From: a virus
Lineage: Duplodnaviria > Caudoviricetes
DNA: 39,513 nt
IMG/VR virus record: IMGVR_UViG_3300014167_000269
Coordinates: 1-39,513 of that record
Direction: 5' to 3' (one strand)
The notes beneath the pieces were generated by a model that made no database searches, was not told the origin of the DNA, and was given only the letters and a program-made list of their open reading frames with translations. The position numbers and the translations under genes are program-made. Shown piece by piece: positions 7,937 through 16,778 of this stretch. The stretch's first letter is position 1. Each line of letters begins with the position of its first letter.

Positions 7937-8963
7937 GGGCGGCCTCCGCGATTTCGATCTTGGCCTGGTCGATGGCGGCGAAGAGGGCGCCCGCCGACAA
8001 ATAGGCTTCATAGGTGCGGCCGTGGTAGACGCGCTCGTAAGCGAAGGTGCGCTCGGCATTGCCCTTCTGAATCGGGTAGCGCGGATCCGGAACAATGGAC
8101 GCCTGGATGAGATAGTCGATCTGCTTGCGCGATGCTCGGCCGAACTCGCCGACGATGATCTGCTCGGCCTCTTCCTCGGTGAGGCCGGGCAGAACGATGG
8201 TGGCCACCAAGCGGCGCCGCCACTGCTCCATCTTGAGATCACGGAAGCTCTGCTGGATATCGTGCGAGCCCAGGAACATGATGCCGATGTACGGTGGCCG
8301 GTCCAGCAGCTGGCGGATACGTTCGACGGTCTGCCGCGGCAGGTGCTGCGCTTCGTCGAAGACGATGATGCCGCGCTTTTTTGCCAGCGCAAACTGGATC
8401 TTTCTTATGAGCTGCTCAAGGTATCCGCGCGCCGGGATTCTCATCTCGATGCAGATGGTCTTGAGCAGCTCCATGGGCGAGTTGTGGTCGCCACAGTAGA
8501 TGTAGTAGGCAGAGTGCGATTCGCTCGCTCCGACTTCGCGCACAAGAGCCTCGGCGATGCGGCTCTTGCCGGTGCCCGGACCTCCATCAAAGCAGTAGCC
8601 GTATCCGCGGTTGTCGGCGCGATGGTTGAGAGCGCGATAGAACGCCTTGCGGATCGCCGCGTGAGCAGTAGTGTTGTAAAGCGGCTTCTGCGGCGTGTTG
8701 TCCTTGGGGAGTTCGGCCTCGTCGAGATACGAGATTAAGCGCGCCCGGATCAGGCGTGTGTTGCTGTCGCGCTCATGATGCAGGTTGTAGTTGGCATTGA
8801 GGTAAAGAGAGGTGCTCACCGGCGAGTAGCCGATCTTATCCGCAAGGTCGCGGATGGTGTAGCCGGATTCCATCAAAAAGAGTTCGACGCGCGCGCGTAC
8901 AGCCCTATCCTCCGGCAGTTCCAACTGCGCGAGTGCGTCCTTCAGTTCCTGCTTCAGAGCCAT
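7929..8963 (-). CDS. MuB-like transposition AAA+ ATPase with N-terminal HTH
   Basis: Walker A GGPGTGKS, Walker B IIVFDEAQHL, directly after transposase. Confidence 0.93.
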   Translation of the reverse strand: MALKQELKDALAQLELPEDRAVRARVELFLMESGYTIRDLADKIGYSPVSTSLYLNANYNLHHERDSNTRLIRARLISYLDEAELPKDNTPQKPLYNTTAHAAIRKAFYRALNHRADNRGYGYCFDGGPGTGKSRIAEALVREVGASESHSAYYIYCGDHNSPMELLKTICIEMRIPARGYLEQLIRKIQFALAKKRGIIVFDEAQHLPRQTVERIRQLLDRPPYIGIMFLGSHDIQQSFRDLKMEQWRRRLVATIVLPGLTEEEAEQIIVGEFGRASRKQIDYLIQASIVPDPRYPIQKGNAERTFAYERVYHGRTYEAYLSAGALFAAIDQAKIEIAEAAHA

Positions 8964-11140
8964 TAATCCTCCTCAAGGGCGAGAAAGTGTTTGGCGGCGT
9001 CGGCCGCACTGGGGACAGCGGGTCCAAGCTCGGGCTTGGGGACGGAAGAACCAATGAGTACGGCCTGCGCAGCCATGGGCCGGGGAATTGCAATCCCGGC
9101 GCGGGCGGCGCGTGCATCGTTTTCGGTGGTAATGCCAACGGCAACGGCGCGGCGGCTGAGAACGCGCTCGAAGTGCTTGAGGCCCTTGCGCCAGCGCGCG
9201 TTCTCGCGTTCCATCGCCTGGACGGCGTCGCGCGAGACCGGGTTATGCGCCAGTAGCTGCGGTGCGCGCAGGCGGGCGATGAAGCGGTGATCGGGACCTT
9301 CGGCCTCATAACAGAGAGCCACAGCCAGGTCATCGGGATTGCAAGCCACGCGAACTTCGCGGCCGTTATACATGCGCAGGTTGAAATCACTCTCCGGATC
9401 GAGAGGCTCATACTCGGCGGTGAAGATCTGCACTTTGGAGTTGCGCACCAGGCGTGTCTCGCGTTGCCAGAAGAGCGGCTCCAGTTGCGCGATATCGAGC
9501 GGCTTGCGCTGCTCCGGAGGACATTCGCGATCGAAGACGATGCGCGGCGAAAGACCCCACATGTTGTGACCGCCGTGTTCGTGCTCGTTGTACTCGCCGA
9601 TCCACGCTTCGAGCTGCTCGATTAGGTGGGACACGGGAGGCAGAGGCGTGGAGGGAGCTTTGCCTTCGCGCCAGAGTTTGTGCTGGCGCAGTGCGAGCGT
9701 GTTTTCCTCGCTGCGGTCGCCAGCATCCTTACCTGCGTACGCCGGGCCGAAGGTGGGATCGAACTGCTTCGACATGATGGCGTGCCAGGACTCGACCGGC
9801 TTGGAGCGTGCGCGGTAGGCTTTGGCGCGCTGCGCCTTGATGCGGAAGCTCTCCCAGAGCATCTTCTGGAACAACAGGTAGTCGTTGCCGTTGTCCATAT
9901 AGAAGATCCCGTTGCTGCCGTCGAGCATCGCTGTTGGAAGCCCGTAACGCATCACAGCCATGCGCATTGCGGCGGCTACCGAGCGCGAGGAAGGATTGAC
10001 CGAGAACGCCCAGCCCAGGATGCGGCGGGAGCGCATGTCCTCGATCGTGGTGACCCAGATCCGCATCCAGGAGCAGAGCTCCTGCAGGAACGGCGGGAAA
10101 TAATCGTTCCAGGCAAAAACATCCAGGATGCGGTGATCGCTCACCCAGACGGCGTTGACCGGCATGTCGTACTTGCGCTTGGCGTGCGGTTCGCAGCGGT
10201 CTTCGTAGGCTTCCTGGCCTTCGCGCGCCATGACGCGTACGCAGTCGGGAATGCTGTTAATGAAGTTGAGAATGGTCCCGTAGGAAGGTGGGCGTGACCC
10301 GTGATTGTACCAATTCGGCCACTCGCGCTCGATGCCTTCGTAAACCAGCGTGATCGGCAGCCGCTCCGAGTGGTAGCGCGGCATCTGGTAATCGAGGCCG
10401 GACTCTTCGGGCAGCTTCAACTCGCGGGCGGCCTGGAGATACGAGCTCGGCGCCAGGCCGAGATACTTGATCAACGCGTATTCAGCGGCTTTGGGATATT
10501 TAGCCAGGACGCGCGAAACGCCGCGGTCGGCGCGAGCGTGATCCGCCAAGGCCTTGAACTTCTGCAGGGGCGTCTCACCTCCGCGACCGTAGCGCCGCAG
10601 CCACTTGTACACGGTGTTCTTGATAACGCCCGCGATGGATGCCTGGAAGGCGACGAAGTCATCGAAGGTGCGAACCTCGACGCCGCCCTGCGTACAGAAT
10701 GGAGTGATCGAGCCTTCGCGCCATTCGAGCAGCGGAGAGATGATGTCAAAGCGCTTGCGGGCGGTCTCACGCTGCTCTTCATTGAGATCTGCAAGCTCCG
10801 GTGCCTGCATCATCAGGACCGGGACTGGGAAGAGCGGCTGTTGCACGGTGAGGGCGGTAGAAGCAGCGGGTTCGCCTCCGTCGTCGACCCAGGCGGTTGA
10901 CGCCTGCAGCGCGTGCTCACGCGAAGCCTTGCGAATGCACAGTTCCAGCAGCTTCGGCTGACACTTGGCCGGAAGCGACGATGCGGCGTACACACGCTCG
11001 CGCTTGCCATTGGGTCCAGGAGTATCGGACTTCTTCGATACAAGGTGGCCGAGCTGAGCCTTGAGTTCAGTCGTTCGCTTCGAACCCCCGGTGAGGTCAA
11101 TCACCTCTCGCTTTGTGAGCCACAGCTCTTGGCCGCTCAT
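8963..11140 (-). CDS. MuA-like DDE transposase
   Basis: WVSDH / YMDNG / KPVES catalytic motifs; N-terminal HTH domains; Mu-type C-terminal beta domain. Confidence 0.95.
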   Translation of the reverse strand: MSGQELWLTKREVIDLTGGSKRTTELKAQLGHLVSKKSDTPGPNGKRERVYAASSLPAKCQPKLLELCIRKASREHALQASTAWVDDGGEPAASTALTVQQPLFPVPVLMMQAPELADLNEEQRETARKRFDIISPLLEWREGSITPFCTQGGVEVRTFDDFVAFQASIAGVIKNTVYKWLRRYGRGGETPLQKFKALADHARADRGVSRVLAKYPKAAEYALIKYLGLAPSSYLQAARELKLPEESGLDYQMPRYHSERLPITLVYEGIEREWPNWYNHGSRPPSYGTILNFINSIPDCVRVMAREGQEAYEDRCEPHAKRKYDMPVNAVWVSDHRILDVFAWNDYFPPFLQELCSWMRIWVTTIEDMRSRRILGWAFSVNPSSRSVAAAMRMAVMRYGLPTAMLDGSNGIFYMDNGNDYLLFQKMLWESFRIKAQRAKAYRARSKPVESWHAIMSKQFDPTFGPAYAGKDAGDRSEENTLALRQHKLWREGKAPSTPLPPVSHLIEQLEAWIGEYNEHEHGGHNMWGLSPRIVFDRECPPEQRKPLDIAQLEPLFWQRETRLVRNSKVQIFTAEYEPLDPESDFNLRMYNGREVRVACNPDDLAVALCYEAEGPDHRFIARLRAPQLLAHNPVSRDAVQAMERENARWRKGLKHFERVLSRRAVAVGITTENDARAARAGIAIPRPMAAQAVLIGSSVPKPELGPAVPSAADAAKHFLALEED

Positions 11141-11694
11141 AGGGCACCGCCCTGCTTTGCTGCAAGCTCGGCGTCGACGCGGGCCATCTCGGCGTGAACC
11201 GCCCGGAGCACACGGGCGCTCTTGTTCGTCCCCCTAATTGCGTGGTTGACGTTCGCGGTGCCACACCCGAGTTGTCTGCCAAGTCGGCTCTGTAATCCGT
11301 AGTAACGTCCCCACGCAAAGGAGAATTCTTTAAGGAGCGACGGATCAATTGGCTGGGGCGGCTGCTCTGACGAGGCATCTACATCTGCCATCGCCTTTCG
11401 CAGCGCAACCATGACCTTGTCAAAGTGTTTTCTTTGCTTCCCATGTGCGACGTTCTGGATGATTCGTGTGCTGAGCCCGGTGGCCTTTGCGGCGCGTGAG
11501 TAGCACCCAAAATAGCGGCCCCCAAATCTGAACTTGGAGAGTAGGTCTGGGGAAAGCCCGTCAGAGCTGACCGGGCAAGATGGGTTGGGAGACCCACCCT
11601 GTGAGAGCGAGATGCCGGAGTCTCCCAGCAACAGGACAGCGAACGCGGCACAGATCAGGTCGATTGAGGTTGCTACGCGTCCCTTGGCTTTCAC
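11137..11694 (-). CDS. tandem Ner/Cro-like HTH protein with hydrophobic N-terminus
   Basis: Two internal HTH-like repeats; GTG start with GGAGG SD. Confidence 0.65.
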   Translation of the reverse strand: MKAKGRVATSIDLICAAFAVLLLGDSGISLSQGGSPNPSCPVSSDGLSPDLLSKFRFGGRYFGCYSRAAKATGLSTRIIQNVAHGKQRKHFDKVMVALRKAMADVDASSEQPPQPIDPSLLKEFSFAWGRYYGLQSRLGRQLGCGTANVNHAIRGTNKSARVLRAVHAEMARVDAELAAKQGGAL

Positions 11695-11933
11695 GCAGCG
11701 TCCTCCGCATCCTGTTCAATTCGCCGAACCTCGGCAACAATTGCGTCGATCACGAGCTGGGACTGGTGCTTCCCCTTTGCGACCTGAAGAACGTGGCCCA
11801 AAGTCCAGCCGCCGCGCTTCGCCACCCTGGAGAACAAACCGACATGTTCAAGGGCTTTGGTAAGCTCCGCGGGACGCGAAGGCTTGCGCGCTGGTGTAGA
11901 CTTTCTTTTCTGACGTGTTTGTTTCTGACGCAT
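11691..11933 (-). CDS. Ner/Cro-like early regulator
   Basis: First early gene, divergent from repressor; 'GLFSRVAKRGGWTLGHVLQVAKG'. Confidence 0.7.
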   Translation of the reverse strand: MRQKQTRQKRKSTPARKPSRPAELTKALEHVGLFSRVAKRGGWTLGHVLQVAKGKHQSQLVIDAIVAEVRRIEQDAEDAA

Positions 11934-11938
11934 GAATG

Positions 11939-11964
11939 CACGATATGACAATAGTCATATCGTG
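11939..11964. promoter_or_regulatory. palindromic operator
   Basis: Perfect 11-bp inverted repeat CACGATATGAC-aata-GTCATATCGTG overlapping the early promoter. Confidence 0.85.
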
Positions 11965-11968
11965 TCAA
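11940..11968 (-). promoter_or_regulatory. sigma70-type early promoter
   Basis: Minus strand TTGACA-17 bp-TATCGT-6 nt-ATG(11933). Confidence 0.85.
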
Positions 11969-11977
11969 CGACTTTCT

Positions 11978-12661
11978 ATGACTATTGGCAGGGACACCAA
12001 GGCAGTAACCGGGAAGGGAAAGAAGCTCCTGAAGCTGCGGCAGACTTTGGGTCTCGGCCAGTCCGCGTTTGCCAAGTTGCTGGGTGTTAATCAGGCCTCT
12101 ATCCCACGATGGGAGAACGATCAGCGACCGATGCCGGTGGCTGTGCTCCTAAAGGCTGCAACCCTTGCGCCGCCAGAACAGGAGGACGAGTGGTACGAAA
12201 TGGCGGGGATACGCGGCGGTATCGGACACGCTGTGGGGACAATGTCTCAGCACATGGTAGTGGAAAGAGGTTTTCGCTCTGCCCCGCTTGTCTCCGACCC
12301 TGCCGGAGCGGGGCGTGGAGCGCTGCATGAAAGCAAGAACATCGAGGGGCAGCTCAGTCTTCCTCCTGACCTAGTTACTGGAGAGGTGGCCTGTGTCCGC
12401 GTGCATGGAGACAGCATGGAACCTTTAATTCCGGACCGTAGCGTTGTCGCCGTCGATTGTCTCCAGGTGAACGCAAGGAAACTACTGGGTAAAGTAATCG
12501 CAGCGCAGCATGATGTTGAAGGCGTTGTCGTGAAGCGCCTTCGTTCTCACGAAGGCAAGTTGATACTGGTCTCAGAAAATCCAATCTATCCACCTATTGA
12601 GTTCAAGCCCGGCTGGCGGATCGCCGGCCGCGTTGAATGGTGGATCGTAAGACAGAGGTGA
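11978..12661 (+). CDS. CI-like repressor (XRE HTH + S24 peptidase)
   Basis: HTH 'LRQTLGLGQSAFAKLLGVNQASIPRWE'; AG cleavage-site motif, 'VHGDSMEP', 'VVKRL', 'LVSENP'. Confidence 0.95.
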   Translation: MTIGRDTKAVTGKGKKLLKLRQTLGLGQSAFAKLLGVNQASIPRWENDQRPMPVAVLLKAATLAPPEQEDEWYEMAGIRGGIGHAVGTMSQHMVVERGFRSAPLVSDPAGAGRGALHESKNIEGQLSLPPDLVTGEVACVRVHGDSMEPLIPDRSVVAVDCLQVNARKLLGKVIAAQHDVEGVVVKRLRSHEGKLILVSENPIYPPIEFKPGWRIAGRVEWWIVRQR

Positions 12662-12665
12662 AGCC

Positions 12666-13475
12666 ATGGGGAATTGCATCCATTGCGGAAAGTGGGCTGG
12701 GTTTTTCAAGATGATGCACCCAGGGTGTGTCCCGACGATGGCCCCCGCTGTTGAAATAGGGAATAAAACTGATAATCTCGCGCTTGTAGTCGCGAGCGAC
12801 GAAGACGCCCGGGCGGTGACAGAAAAGGCTGAGCTTCTGAAACTGATCCGATGCGGGCTTGAGCATGCGGGCCTTGATCCAAGCCCCGAGCTCGTTCTTA
12901 TCTTCGCTGACATGATCAACCCTGTCAGGGCGCAAGTTGCCGTCGAAAAGTGGAGGAGGGCGGAGACGACTCCTGCACAGATTCGCGCGCTGGATTTTTG
13001 GTGGTTCTACACAATCCACCGCACCGCACTGAGCCTGATGAACGCCGTTGCCTCCGAAAAAAGGCGGGAGGCGTCCCGATTCAAAGACAATTTCTATCAG
13101 ATAGCGATGAAGGACGATTGTTGTAGGAGATCGCGGCATGCCGCATTAGATGGCTTCACCGCGCTCCAGACTGACCCTGTATGGAGATTGCTTAGGGGGC
13201 CATTCGACTGGGACTGCATGTGCATGATCGTAAGCGTGCCCTATGCCGACTTACCTCTGGATGTTGATCCGCTTAAACCCGGTATGGAGCGGCTCCCGCA
13301 GGAGTTGTTGCAAGATTGCATTTCGTGGATACCGCGGAATCCGAAACATCTGCTCGACCGTTCCCCTCTATCTCCGCGTCCAATAGTGGAAACGAGGAGA
13401 TGTTATCCCGGAAAGACGCCAGACGAGTGCAAGGCTGTGCTTAAGAAGTACGGCATTTCCATCAAGGTCGAGTAA
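12666..13475 (+). CDS. repressor-linked moron with N-terminal Cys/His finger and MuF-like motif
   Basis: 'CIHCGK...HPGC'; 'RHAALDG...DPVW...PFDWDCMC'. Confidence 0.6.
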   Translation: MGNCIHCGKWAGFFKMMHPGCVPTMAPAVEIGNKTDNLALVVASDEDARAVTEKAELLKLIRCGLEHAGLDPSPELVLIFADMINPVRAQVAVEKWRRAETTPAQIRALDFWWFYTIHRTALSLMNAVASEKRREASRFKDNFYQIAMKDDCCRRSRHAALDGFTALQTDPVWRLLRGPFDWDCMCMIVSVPYADLPLDVDPLKPGMERLPQELLQDCISWIPRNPKHLLDRSPLSPRPIVETRRCYPGKTPDECKAVLKKYGISIKVE

Positions 13476-13561
13476 AGAGGGCCACCGTTATTCCGCCCGG
13501 CCATCTCTCCCTTGCGCCTCTCCCGCGTGTTCGCCTTTCTCTGCCTCAAAACTAAAGCGTC

Positions 13562-13615
13562 CCAAAGTGGCCAAAGTGTCCACGGAAAACAGAGACTCTG
13601 CCTTACTGTCGTCTC
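13562..13615 (+). promoter_or_regulatory. putative activator-dependent late promoter
   Basis: CCAAAGTG direct repeat (13562, 13571); TACTGT at 13604-13609, 6 nt before ATG; no -35 consensus and no SD. Confidence 0.5.
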
Positions 13616-14140
13616 ATGACGCCAGCACAGAGACTCGCGTGGATAGAGAAATGGGCACCGGCCGCGCAGGCCGCGCAGAAGCAATTCGGGCAGCCAGCCT
13701 CGGTGACGCTGGCCCAGGCGATCCTCGAATCGAGCGATAAGTTCGGCAATTGCGGGCAGTCGCAATGCGCGGTGCAGGCAAATAACTACTTCGGCATCAA
13801 GGCTTCGGGCACAGAGCCGTATGTCGAGTTTTCCACCAAGGAATACTCGAACGGACATCCTTACATGGAGCAGGGCGCGCACTTTGAAAAGTTCGCGACT
13901 GTCGAGGACTCCTTCCTTCGTCATGGCGAGCTGATCGCCAACGAACCGCGATACCGCGCGGCAATGGAGGTTTGCCACGATCCGGTGGCCTTCGCCGCGC
14001 AGCTGCAGGCCTGCGGTTATTCGACCAGCCGCACCTACGCTCAGGTTCTGACCTTCCTAATCCGCCGCTACCAACTGGCTAATTTCGACAACCCGCCGGA
14101 GCCGACTATGCCCCAGGCACAGAAGGAGACAGCCGCATGA
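13616..14140 (+). CDS. endolysin, GH73/FlgJ-like glucosaminidase
   Basis: 'LAQAILES', 'NNYFGIKA', 'TKEY', 'GYSTSRTYA'. Confidence 0.92.
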   Translation: MTPAQRLAWIEKWAPAAQAAQKQFGQPASVTLAQAILESSDKFGNCGQSQCAVQANNYFGIKASGTEPYVEFSTKEYSNGHPYMEQGAHFEKFATVEDSFLRHGELIANEPRYRAAMEVCHDPVAFAAQLQACGYSTSRTYAQVLTFLIRRYQLANFDNPPEPTMPQAQKETAA

Positions 14141-14328
14141 ATGAGTTATGGCAACGCGTCGTTACCAACCCGAAGACCTCCATCGCCGGATTGCTGATCG
14201 GCCTCGCTACCGCGTGCGGAGTGCTCTCGCAGCAGGGTGTCAGCCTCGGCCACGCCGGGACTGGCACCGTGGTCGCGCTGATCTCCGCCATGGCCACGGC
14301 CTTCCTCGGCCTGCTCAGCCAGGACTAG
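14137..14328 (+). CDS. putative holin
   Basis: 63 aa, two TM segments, 'NPKTSIAG...LGLLSQD', follows endolysin. Confidence 0.7.
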   Translation: MNELWQRVVTNPKTSIAGLLIGLATACGVLSQQGVSLGHAGTGTVVALISAMATAFLGLLSQD

Positions 14329-14330
14329 CC

Positions 14331-14618
14331 ATGGCGAGCGCATCCATCACGCGGGCGATCACGCCGGAGCAGTTGGAGCAGTTCAAAGCTGCCGTGCAGG
14401 CCGATCCGAACTGCGGCATGGCCGGTACCGACGACGCCGGCACGGTCTCAGTCCACGAGGACGGAGTCACCGTGCTACTTGGCTACACCTACGCTGGCGG
14501 TCTATTCACCGTCACCGTCGAGCACAAGCCGTTTCTCGTCACCAACGCGGAGGTGCTTTCCCGCGTGCAGACGCTGCTTGATAACGCACTGGCGTCCAAG
14601 GAGGGCGCTATCGCATGA
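14331..14618 (+). CDS. hypothetical protein in lysis cassette
   Basis: ATG 14331 just after holin stop; coupled to next gene. Confidence 0.65.
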   Translation: MASASITRAITPEQLEQFKAAVQADPNCGMAGTDDAGTVSVHEDGVTVLLGYTYAGGLFTVTVEHKPFLVTNAEVLSRVQTLLDNALASKEGAIA

Positions 14619-15244
14619 AACTGTCTCACCGCTTCTCACCGGCTCTTATTGTGCTTCTGGCGTGCACGCTACTGATCACAGGCACCGTCGCCTGCTCGCA
14701 GACCGTGTACCAGGAAATTGTCACCTACGTAAACGAGTTTCTTCCCATCGCGGAAGCCGTCGCCAACCTCGTCATTGCCACCGAGACTCCGGCGGTCGCA
14801 TCGCAGGCCCAGTCCGTGGAGACCCAGGTCAATAACGATCTGCAGCTGATCGAGACCACCGCGTCCACCATTACGGCGGCCAACTACAGCAGTCAACGGG
14901 CGCAGATCGTCTCCCTCGCCGCATACGCCAAAGGGCAGTTGAACTCCTATCTGACGGCCGTGCACATCTCCGATCCGGCGACCGTGGCCAAAGTGACAGC
15001 CTACGTCGATCTCGGGAACGCCGTGATCGACGAGATTGTGAACGCCCTGCCGGCGCAACAGCCCAGCGCCAAGCAAATGTCCGCCTTCAAGGTGAACGTG
15101 GGCAATATCCGGGTGAATTACAAGCGGCAGTTCAACCGGATCACCGCCGAGAAGTCCGGTGACGCGAAGGTAGATGCGGTGCTGGCGAAGACGCCGCGCT
15201 TCTTCGTTCTCGGCTGGCACAACTTCTATCCGACGTTCCGCTAA
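14615..15244 (+). CDS. helical lipoprotein (possible spanin-type role)
   Basis: Signal peptide with lipobox-like TVA|C. Confidence 0.65.
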   Translation: MKLSHRFSPALIVLLACTLLITGTVACSQTVYQEIVTYVNEFLPIAEAVANLVIATETPAVASQAQSVETQVNNDLQLIETTASTITAANYSSQRAQIVSLAAYAKGQLNSYLTAVHISDPATVAKVTAYVDLGNAVIDEIVNALPAQQPSAKQMSAFKVNVGNIRVNYKRQFNRITAEKSGDAKVDAVLAKTPRFFVLGWHNFYPTFR

Positions 15245-15253
15245 GAGGAAATT

Positions 15254-16015
15254 ATGAAGCTCGGCAAGAAACCCGCATCACGTCTGCTCTCCACTCCCGC
15301 TCTCGGTGATTTTCTGCCGAGAGCTGCCGAGTGGCCTACGGTCGCACCCCGAGGCTGGGAATACGCCAGTGGCATCCAGCTCGATATGCTCGCGAATGAC
15401 ACGGTCGGAGATTGCGTCATCGCCGCCATGATGCACTACGCCCAGGTGGAGACGGCCAACACGGACAATCCCCTGACTCCGACCAAGGAGCTGGCACTCC
15501 AGACCTACTCGGCGATCACCGGCTACAACCCGGATGACCCGAGCACCGACCAGGGAACGGATATTCAAGGACAAGCCCTCCCATATTGGAAGAGCACCGG
15601 TATCCCGATGCTGGACAAGAACGGTAACCAGGTCCTGCATAAGATCCTCGGCTGGGCGTCGCTCGACTTGTCTTCGATCGCGCAGCAGCGCTACGCCTGC
15701 GACACCTTCGGCGGAATACTGCTGGGCATCAACTGCCCGCAGTCGGCGGAGGACGATACCAGCAACTGGACCTACGACCCCTCGTCTCCGATTATCGGCG
15801 GGCACGGCATCAACATGGTGGGCCAGGGCGGCGCGGGCTGGCACATCAATTCATGGGGCCTGTGTATCCCCGGTACCTGGGAATTCTCTCTGAAGCTCAT
15901 GGACGAAGCGTACGCGGTCGTGACTGCGGCTTGGCTGAATTCACAGGGTAAGTCGCCTTCGGGACTCGACCTGGATGGTTTGCTGGCCGCGATGCAGGGG
16001 CTGGGGGCGAACTGA
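15254..16015 (+). CDS. papain-like (C1-type) cysteine peptidase
   Basis: 'NDTVGDCVIAA', 'GGHGI', 'INSWG'. Confidence 0.75.
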   Translation: MKLGKKPASRLLSTPALGDFLPRAAEWPTVAPRGWEYASGIQLDMLANDTVGDCVIAAMMHYAQVETANTDNPLTPTKELALQTYSAITGYNPDDPSTDQGTDIQGQALPYWKSTGIPMLDKNGNQVLHKILGWASLDLSSIAQQRYACDTFGGILLGINCPQSAEDDTSNWTYDPSSPIIGGHGINMVGQGGAGWHINSWGLCIPGTWEFSLKLMDEAYAVVTAAWLNSQGKSPSGLDLDGLLAAMQGLGAN

Positions 16016-16455
16016 TGGCGACAGCGGCCCAGGTGACTCCGGAGAACAAGGTGTCGCGCCCGGTGGTGATTGCGCTAGGGGCGGGCAGCGGCGTGGCGCT
16101 GGCGACGGTAATCCTGCAAATTGCGCGTCCGGAGACGAAGCCGATGGTGGAGGCGGTCCTGCGCTGGGGACCGCTCTTCGTCATCGTGCTGGTGGGGATG
16201 GCGCTGCTGCACTCGACGATCAATATCTGGGGCAAGCAGTTTGTTACGGCCGCGACCGCCAACGCCGTAGCTCTCCAGTCGATGGCCGATGCGATGCAGC
16301 GGATCTCGCAGAAGGAAGACGAGCGCGACCGTGAGCGCGAGCTGGTGCTGGATCACCTGGCGTACACGACACAGCAGATTTTGAACAAGGTGGAGTCGAT
16401 GGAATCGCGTTATCCCGCCAGGAGCAGTGCCCAGGCGGCAGGAGGAACCCTGTAA
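16015..16455 (+). CDS. two-TM protein with C-terminal coiled coil (Mu gp25-like position)
   Basis: Two hydrophobic segments, then heptad region; precedes gp26/gp27-like genes. Confidence 0.6.
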   Translation: MATAAQVTPENKVSRPVVIALGAGSGVALATVILQIARPETKPMVEAVLRWGPLFVIVLVGMALLHSTINIWGKQFVTAATANAVALQSMADAMQRISQKEDERDRERELVLDHLAYTTQQILNKVESMESRYPARSSAQAAGGTL

Positions 16456-16778
16456 TGGCGGACGAACAGATCCTGGACCCAATGGCGGCGCGGCAGTTGC
16501 GAGGGCTGATCCTCACGCTCGTCTATGTGAACCATCGCCGCCAAGGTGCTCGCCTGACTTCCACGGTGATCCGGGGCACGCTGCAGCGCGAAGGCTACCA
16601 GTTCTCACGCAACGATGTCCTGGCCATGCTGCAGGACCTGAAAGACCGCGACTATCTCCGCTATCGCCAGATGCGCGGCGACGACGAGCGCCTTTTCATC
16701 TTCGAGATCGAGATCACCTCCAGCGGCCGCGATCTGGTGGACGGCTACGAGACTGACCAGGCGGTGTTGACTAAATGA
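16455..16778 (+). CDS. Mu gp26-like winged-helix protein
   Basis: 'RGLILTL...SRNDVLAMLQDLKDRDYL...ITSSGRDLVDG'. Confidence 0.75.
   Translation: MADEQILDPMAARQLRGLILTLVYVNHRRQGARLTSTVIRGTLQREGYQFSRNDVLAMLQDLKDRDYLRYRQMRGDDERLFIFEIEITSSGRDLVDGYETDQAVLTK

Noticed and set aside
7872-10900. Long antisense ORFs over MuA/MuB (e.g. 7872-8738, 9626-10297) and similar shadow ORFs elsewhere
   Set aside because: Expected in high-GC coding DNA; no motifs or SD, and the opposite strand has clear genes
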